From the NCBI GenBank assembly GCA_049975525.1, contig JBNGCW010000013.1, positions 5,004 through 69,003 on the forward strand: a DNA stretch of 64,000 nucleotides. The letters are read 5' to 3'. The stretch comes from Anaerolineae bacterium (lineage in GTDB: Bacteria; Chloroflexota; Anaerolineae; B4-G1; SLSP01). How positions within the stretch are numbered: the stretch's first letter is position 1; each line of letters opens with the position of its first letter. The position numbers and the translations under genes are program-made. Below the pieces are notes generated by a model. The model was given only the letters and a program-made list of their open reading frames with translations, did not search any database and was not told where the DNA came from. Below, piece after piece: positions 61,535 through 64,000 of this stretch.

Positions 61535-63319
61535 TCAGCCGAACAAACCAACGCGAATGGCTTCCCCTGCCTCGGCATCATAGCCTGGCCAGATGGGATA
61601 CGCGCCCAGGACGCCGACCACGATAATCACCACCATGATCAACGTCGGGGAGACGTTCTTCTTCGCCAGCAGCCACCAGATCAAAAGGGTCAGCAGCAGC
61701 GGCAACAGGTTAGGCATGAAGCTATTGAGGATGTCCTGGATGGCGAAGGTGCTGCCACCGATGACCAGCGTTACCGGCGTAGAAAGGCTGACGAAACTGA
61801 CGGTCAGGGCGCCGATGATAAAGTTACCCAACACCCCCGCCGCCGTAATGAAGCGGTTAAGTAGGCCACTCTTCAGGATGCTGGTGACAGCGGCCTGCCC
61901 CTGTTTGTAGCCCTGCCAGAAGATAAACCAGCCGAAGCCCCAGACGAAGGCGGCGACCACGATCAGGTAGAAGAGGGGCCCCAGGATGTTACCGCGCGTC
62001 GCGGTACCCACGGCGCCACCCATGGCGATGTTCATGCCGATAGCCAGACTGATGGGGATCACGATCCCCTGCTGCAGGGTATCACCAATACCGGCCATGG
62101 GGCCCATCAAGCCCGTCTTCACGCCGTTAATGGCATCGTCGCTGATGTCGGCCCCTGCCGCGCGCCGCTCCTCCATGGAGATAACCACGCCGTGGATGAT
62201 GCCGCCGAAGTCAGGCTGGGTATTGAAGAAGACCAGGTGCCGTTTCAGCGCGGCAACGATGTCCTCTTTCTTGGTGTACAGCTTCTTGATGATGGGCGTC
62301 ATGCTGTGCGCAAAGCCCAGACCCTGCATGCGCTCCCAGTTGTAAGCGGAGTGGGAGAAGAAGAGCCAGCGCCACCAGGCGCTGAAGACGTCTTGCTTGG
62401 TAAGGAGACCGGGCTTCTCCCGCACCTCCTCCTCGGCGGTCTCGCTCACTTCAACCTTGATGCCCTCAGTGAAGAGAACATGGAAGTAAGCAATCGCGGC
62501 GGCGATGATGGAGAGCATCAGCAAATTGACCTCGCCCTCCATAAAAGAGGTGACGGTGAAGCCGACGAAGAAATAGGGCCACACGTTGCCACGGAAGAGG
62601 AATTTGAGGTTGAGCGCGATACCCAGGGCGGCCAGCATACCGCTGGCGGCATAAAGGCCGTTCATCACCCAACCGGCGTTGGCTCCGATCCAATCCAGGG
62701 CCGACTGCACCGCCGGGGCGCCCAGATAAGCGGCCAACATCACGGGCACAGCGTAAATCAAGAAGAGGAAGGGCTGGGAGTAAATGTAGTTGCTGCGCGC
62801 TACCGCGTCAATGTCGGCTTCCTCGGCAAAACGGTCAGCCCAGTGAGGGATGATGGAGCAGGCCGACATGCGCAGAGACCAGGTCAAGCCACCGAGCAGC
62901 CCCAGGGGCGCAGCCAGCGCCAGCGCCGCGTCGATATCCAGGCCGGCGCCCAACGCCAGTGCCGTGCCCAGGTAACCGGCCAGGCCGGGATCGCCGGGCA
63001 GCGAACCACCAGCGGAGATCCAACCCAGATAGAGCACGTTGATGTTGGCACCGATGGCGATGCCCTCGGCCGGTCGCCCCATCACAAGCCCAACCAGCGT
63101 GCCCGCTACCAGCGGGCGATAGAAGACCGTGAAGCCCAGGTTCCCCAACCAGGGAGACATGGAGAGATAGTAAAGAACACCGACGATGATGGCGGTGCCC
63201 AATGAGAGACTTACATCCTCCTGCTGAAGAGGGGCAGCGCGAACACCAACGAAACTCACAACCAGCAACACCATGCTCGCAATCATGGCAATACTGAGCT
63301 GTTTTCTGTTGATCTTCAT
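61535..63319 (-). CDS. Mannose/fructose/sorbose-family PTS fused IIC-IID component
   Basis: The N-terminal half resembles ManY (FYRPLVAGTLVGLVMG, VMNGLYAASGML, PYFFVGF). The C-terminal half resembles ManZ (YNWERMQGLGFAHSM, HLVFFNTQP, AINGVKTGLMGPMAGIGD). ATG 63319 after GAAGGAG. Confidence 0.8.
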   Translation of the reverse strand: MKINRKQLSIAMIASMVLLVVSFVGVRAAPLQQEDVSLSLGTAIIVGVLYYLSMSPWLGNLGFTVFYRPLVAGTLVGLVMGRPAEGIAIGANINVLYLGWISAGGSLPGDPGLAGYLGTALALGAGLDIDAALALAAPLGLLGGLTWSLRMSACSIIPHWADRFAEEADIDAVARSNYIYSQPFLFLIYAVPVMLAAYLGAPAVQSALDWIGANAGWVMNGLYAASGMLAALGIALNLKFLFRGNVWPYFFVGFTVTSFMEGEVNLLMLSIIAAAIAYFHVLFTEGIKVEVSETAEEEVREKPGLLTKQDVFSAWWRWLFFSHSAYNWERMQGLGFAHSMTPIIKKLYTKKEDIVAALKRHLVFFNTQPDFGGIIHGVVISMEERRAAGADISDDAINGVKTGLMGPMAGIGDTLQQGIVIPISLAIGMNIAMGGAVGTATRGNILGPLFYLIVVAAFVWGFGWFIFWQGYKQGQAAVTSILKSGLLNRFITAAGVLGNFIIGALTVSFVSLSTPVTLVIGGSTFAIQDILNSFMPNLLPLLLTLLIWWLLAKKNVSPTLIMVVIIVVGVLGAYPIWPGYDAEAGEAIRVGLFG

Positions 63320-63357
63320 CGAGATTTCTCCTTCTAGAGATAAAAAATCAAGAGCAC

Positions 63358-63843
63358 TCACAACTTAGCGACAAGGTCAGAAAACGCTTTGGATTTTTCA
63401 CCGGGCACCGTCAAGAGTGTGATCTTCACCCCCTGATCCATCAGGTACTTCAAGGTGGCGACGTCTTCTTTTGACATGGCGATGTTCTTAAAGACGTTTT
63501 TGCGTCCCGGCCCGCTACCCATCCCTCCGACGTTCAGAGCCTCGTAAGTCACCCCTTGGTCGAAGAGCCGGCGGGCCGTCTCCGGAGTTTTCATCAGAAG
63601 CATGGTCGTCTCCGCTTTGACGTCATCTTGACGCAAGATCTTGACCGCCTCCTCCACGCCGTACACGTCCACCGTCAGGTTGGGTGGCGCAGCCATCTTC
63701 AACACCTGCTGCATAAACGTATCCGAGGCGACCTGATCATCGATGATCACAATGCGCTCAAATTTCTTGTGTTTGCACCACACTGCAATCACCTGCCCGT
63801 GAATCAATCGATCGTCAATCCTGACTAATCCCCACTCCTTTAT
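63358..63843 (-). CDS. Mannose-family PTS IIB component; probable non-canonical ATA start
   Basis: The conserved VRIDDRLIHGQV (phospho-His) lies upstream of the only canonical start (TTG 63807). The frame is open to 63846. ATA at 63843 lies 6 nt after AAGGAGG. Confidence 0.7.
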   Translation of the reverse strand: MKEWGLVRIDDRLIHGQVIAVWCKHKKFERIVIIDDQVASDTFMQQVLKMAAPPNLTVDVYGVEEAVKILRQDDVKAETTMLLMKTPETARRLFDQGVTYEALNVGGMGSGPGRKNVFKNIAMSKEDVATLKYLMDQGVKITLLTVPGEKSKAFSDLVAKL

Positions 63844-63893
63844 GCTTCACCTCCTTTTCTAGAAAACTTGACTCTCGAAAACCCAACCCATTT

Positions 63894-64000
63894 TCACCGC
63901 TCCAGCATCTCGCCGAGGTTTTTGATCGACTGGCGCCCCGCTATCTCTGCCACAGCCGCGAGCTCTTTGACTGAATTCACCTGCCCGCGTCCGGACAACA
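63894..64000 (-). CDS. 3' end of a gene continuing beyond the window, possibly PTS EIIA(Man)
   Basis: Open minus-strand frame ...LSGRGQVNSVKELAAVAEIAGRQSIKNLGEMLER, stop at 63894-63896. The position upstream of IIB fits the IIA C-terminus, but similarity is weak. Confidence 0.35.
   Translation of the reverse strand, partial: LSGRGQVNSVKELAAVAEIAGRQSIKNLGEMLER

Noticed and set aside
1-64000. tRNA, rRNA, tmRNA, RNase P or SRP RNA genes.
   Set aside because: I scanned the intergenic regions by eye for T-loop (GTTCRANYC) and other hallmark sequences and found nothing convincing. Absence should be confirmed with tRNAscan-SE or Infernal.

Overview
This is a high-GC bacterial chromosomal window, by eye above 60% G+C except for one block. 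It is densely coding, with about 55 protein genes. I recognised no rRNA, tRNA, CRISPR array, transposase or integrase. The gene content, the strong AAGGAGG ribosome-binding sites and the many polytopic envelope glycosyltransferase-like genes suggest a Chloroflexota-like organism, but this is inference only.

Layout:
- 0-8.2 kb: a DNA end-processing cluster. It holds a partial gene, a cytosolic M14 carboxypeptidase, a UvrD-type helicase, a Cas4/AddB-type Fe-S PD-(D/E)XK nuclease and RecJ.
- 8.2-11 kb: a histidine kinase and an OmpR-type response regulator.
- 11-15.5 kb: a TauE/SafE permease, two UroD/MtaA-family methyltransferases and a B12-binding corrinoid protein.
- 15.5-22.9 kb: a tightly spaced same-strand block closed by a strong hairpin. 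It contains a Lon-related protease, a tandem USP, an 1155-aa CHAT-protease/NACHT-type P-loop/HEAT-repeat protein and rubrerythrin. This is my best candidate for an uncharacterised NLR-like defence or cell-death module. The CHAT gene also carries a C10 homopolymer.
- 22.9-30.4 kb: housekeeping genes (FAD oxidoreductase, cfa, a glmU-like gene with a degenerate uridyltransferase domain, cdd, a membrane-anchored gluzincin, murI).
- 30.4-53.7 kb: a very large, mostly minus-strand envelope glycosylation region. It holds a polyprenyl-phosphate GT2, a flippase-like protein, two paralogous GT-C-like proteins, DUF2079, a Tat-exported sulfatase-like protein, an alkaline-phosphatase-family protein, GT39-like, GT2, an acetyltransferase, AsnB, DegT, an SDR epimerase and a PIG-V-like protein. 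The part from about 39.2 to 52.45 kb is visibly lower in G+C and looks horizontally acquired.
- 53.8-64 kb: ptsI, a DMT transporter, an SDR, pyrimidine-nucleoside phosphorylase, a VOC protein, a Zn-ADH, a DhnA-type aldolase and a mannose-family PTS. The PTS has a fused IIC-IID gene and a IIB gene that seems to need a non-canonical ATA start.

Two families of short intergenic repeats recur at distant loci. A 7-bp x5 tandem repeat lies in one 5' leader.

All calls come from reading motifs in the supplied translations and sequence. No database search was run.
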